NCBI GenBank assembly: GCA_043228905.1
Contig: JBHGNT010000009.1
Span: 7,564,001-7,628,000 of the forward strand
Direction of reading: 5' to 3'
DNA length: 64,000 bases
Source of the DNA: Azolla caroliniana
Lineage: Eukaryota; Plantae; Polypodiophyta
The position numbers were made by a program, and so were the translations under genes. The notes beneath the pieces were generated by a model, which saw only the letters and a program-made list of their open reading frames with translations, had not been told where the DNA came from and searched no databases. Positions within the stretch are counted from its first letter, which is position 1, and the number at the start of each line of letters is the position of its first letter. Positions 60,613 to 64,000 of the stretch are shown piece by piece.

Positions 60613-63600
60613 AACCCAAGTGGACATGGGCCAAATAGATAGATAGATAGATAGAAAGAGAGGAAGAAGGAAGAGCTTGTATTAATGCCTCCCTAAATAG
60701 GTCAATCTTGTGGCCTACCCAACCAAATCAATACATATAGATCTTACTTTGTTCGAGGAATGAAATTTTGAACTCCACCAGAAGAAAAAGACAACAAACA
60801 ACGATTGGTTATTTTGACCAACCCCAAACCTCACACGACACGTCTTCATCTCGATTGTATACATACTTTTGTGCGTTACGACTCTTGACTCGAGTACTAC
60901 TTTTCAATGAATTGCCCCCTTATAAATGGTGACTCCTAACATTGAGTTCTCGGACACTCTCCAAAGTGGTCCTTTTAGATGAGCTCCTATGACCCCCAAT
61001 GTACTTATTATACTGGGCTTAAGCAGGTTGTGGGGTAGCCAAATTAAACTTGATAGTTTTGGTCATACTTGGTTCCAGTGATAATCAAGTGGAGACACTT
61101 AAGGGAGATATATAAATATATGGATAGAAAGATTTTATATTATTGTCTTTGGAGGAAAACTATGACCAAAGAGATAGAGATGGAGACACATTTGCTAGAA
61201 TTTTATCTATAGAAAGACGTAAGTGAACCTTATCATATAGAAATATGCACGACATTGCACAATGTTTTGCCCTTCTTAATCAAGATGTGAACACATTTAT
61301 CCCGCTTTCATTTGTTGAAAATCTATTTGTGGATGGGTTCCCAAAATGGAAAAACTTATAATTTCATGCACAAGAATGGTTTGGTTGGGTAGATTGCAAG
61401 AAAAACTTTTAAAATTTTGGTTCAGCACCACTTCGAAACCTACTTATTGCAATTCAATGTATTAGATTGGAAACATTTCTATTCAAATTTTTACCATGGA
61501 AGCCTAAGGCATTGATTGCTCTAGCTTTTTTGTTGTCCATCAGTGACATATATTGCCCCTTCTCCAATTATTCATACCACACTTGTGAGCCTCTAGCCTA
61601 AGGTCTAACTTTGAAAGGGAACATCTACCAACTAGAATGGTTTAATGCTCATGTCTCTTGCCATCCTCAATGGCCAAACTTTTGCTCATAACCAAACTCT
61701 AGTATTGCTTCATGGACATTGATACTCCATATGTCAAGAATTCAAATAGTCCCTCCATATTGTTTTTAGGTCTCAAGTATATCCTTTTACTGTGAACCCA
61801 ACCTAAGAGCCTTTATAGAGAAAATGATTGTGGCTATATGTATCCCTTAAGGAAAAAGCATGGATCACCCTATGCGAAAGAAAAAGGATATGATGAAATG
61901 TACTTCATAAATCATCATAATGCAAAGTCCAATCATAACTATGTGGTAGAAAACAAAAACAAGATTACACTAAGTAGAGAAAGATTGATTCAGCATTTGT
62001 TGCCAAACAACCACAAATATCGAGATGGAATTATCATTGTTCGTTGTTCCTCCAAAATCTTGAATCTCTCTAGTCTTATCTAACTTCCAAATGTTAGCCC
62101 ATTTACATATCTACCTACTCTTTGTATAAGATAGCTGTTAATTCTCCATTAGTTTCACACACCATCAACATGATGGCCAACAACCTAATCATGGGTGGGT
62201 TGATACATTTCTAGGAAGCCCTACCTAAGTTACAAACATTATTTAAGCTTATTCATTATGTAGTTCCTATACCCATGTAATTATGATGTATGAGGGAGAG
62301 AATGCATGGAGACAATGTTATGAGATTATCACTCATCAAACATATATAGGGGAATAGAATTACAGAGCCTCTATATGTATATTCCGCAAACTTGCCAAAA
62401 AGGAAGAGTGGGACCAATCTTAATGGTTGGTGATGTTTTCTTATCAAACGGAGGCGATTACAAGTCCCATTCTTTGAAAATGTTTTATTTTTCACGATAT
62501 ATATTGATTGTTGTTACTCTCGTCGATCACCAAGGGACAACATAGAAGAAATTTGGGGTGGCTCTCTTAGTCTGGCGCCCATAGTGCGTGTCCATCAACA
62601 TGCTCACATTGACACATCAAGTGTCGCTTTAGTACCTTGTGATGTATTGAATATATTGAATAGGTAATGCATTAAACACCAAGGTAACCACAAAGGGCAT
62701 GCAATTGAAAAATCAATATGAAGAGTTTGGCTATGATCAAGGTCAATTATAATGGATAGGAATGGCTATCTCCATCCATGAGACCATGATGATGCTAATT
62801 ACAGTCACTATTATATCAAATAAAGGGCTGGAACATTCCAAGTTGGCTAGGCTTTCAATCATTTTAGGGCTTTGATAACTAAAAGTTTGTCATGTATTTG
62901 ATGGTTCTTACCTATACTCCTTTGAACATATGCAAGGTTCCATGTGCACATTGTCATCATCTTCTCCTTATTTTTGAGGGAAATAGTTGGTGTATTGCAT
63001 TGGCACATCTACATGGCCAAGTATGTGTGTGGTGGTTATGGGTGTGATCATGACATCATATGTGTGGTCTTACTTTCAACTACAAATACACAAATGTGAT
63101 GTGTGCGTTATGGAACACACTTCCCAAAAGGAGGACAAAAGTATATATAGAATAAAACAAGGCTCCAATAAGCCATCTCGAGTATGTCACCATCAATGGC
63201 CAAATTGATATATCTATCAAACACTAAGCAATTGCCCTTTATATGATCATGTATTTATTTATAATGTCAAAGGGCATGCAAGAACACCAATATTGAAGTT
63301 TTCTAGTCATTCGTTATGACTTTGTCTTTAAACTTTAGGGTTAAAAAACAAAGCAACTTCACTCAAACAATACACAATTGTCATCTACATGATCATGTAT
63401 TTATAAATTATGCTATGATCAATGTATCTCGAGAAGGTCCATAGGACCCTATCGTAGAGACGAAGTGAAGTGTTTCAACTTTGAAGGTCCTCATATAGTA
63501 AGTGAGTGCCAAGTGAAACAAGAATATTACAATCATAACATGGTTTAAATACCTCATTGAGTAACAAACCTACCACATCCACTGAACAAAGGGCACAAAA

Positions 63601-64000
63601 CCTCCTAGGCATGGTTCACACAGGAGGAAACATGCAAAGGATGTGGTTATGCTCACACCGTACTTGAGTATCCAAAAGAGAAGAAAATGTTCGACATTAA
63701 CCTATTTGTTGTACCTTCCAAGTTCTGGATACACGTGATCACTTGGCCCCAACTTATCGAACAAAGTCTTAGAAAACAAGAATCTAGGACTCAAAAGAGA
63801 ACTACAAGAGCATAAATAGAGGAAGTTTTGTAATTGCCAATCCATTTCAATGCCAAATGCAAAATCAAAGGGAGATGAACCATGTGATGGACAAAATAGA
63901 AAGCGACCAACATAGCTTAGGAGCTTACCCTAAAACTAAAGAAGAGATTAATAAAGTCAAAGAATATGTTAATCACATGTTACATGTTATGTACATCACA

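Noticed and set aside
60700-64000. Short ORFs upstream of GRF
   Set aside because: No recognisable domains; probably intergenic or highly decayed TE sequence.

Overview
Plant nuclear DNA; a fern or other non-seed vascular plant is inferred from the element types. About 55 kb is nested transposon debris, followed by one host gene. 1) 1-7.2 kb: the 3' part of a Tcn1-like chromovirus, interrupted by a defective 5.3 kb hAT transposon that carries a PPR gene fragment. 2) 7.2-30.9 kb: an old Copia (A) containing Copia B, which itself holds a full-length non-chromovirus Gypsy (family 1, Athila/OTA-like) in its protease region and Copia C in its 5' LTR. 3) 32.7-54.7 kb: two more related Gypsy families, a near-complete Tcn1-like element and a LINE fragment, rearranged by a ~15.2 kb inversion that two independent target-site duplications (TSDs) support. 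4) 56.7-60.2 kb: a 4-exon GROWTH-REGULATING FACTOR (QLQ+WRC) gene on the minus strand. The most striking signal is that the non-chromovirus Gypsy families have no polypurine tract (PPT). Two nt before the 3' LTR they instead carry the same 17-mer resembling the 3' end of tRNA-Arg, which suggests tRNA priming of both DNA strands. They also share a conserved ~930-aa extra ORF. All alignments and counts were done by eye; no database searches were run.
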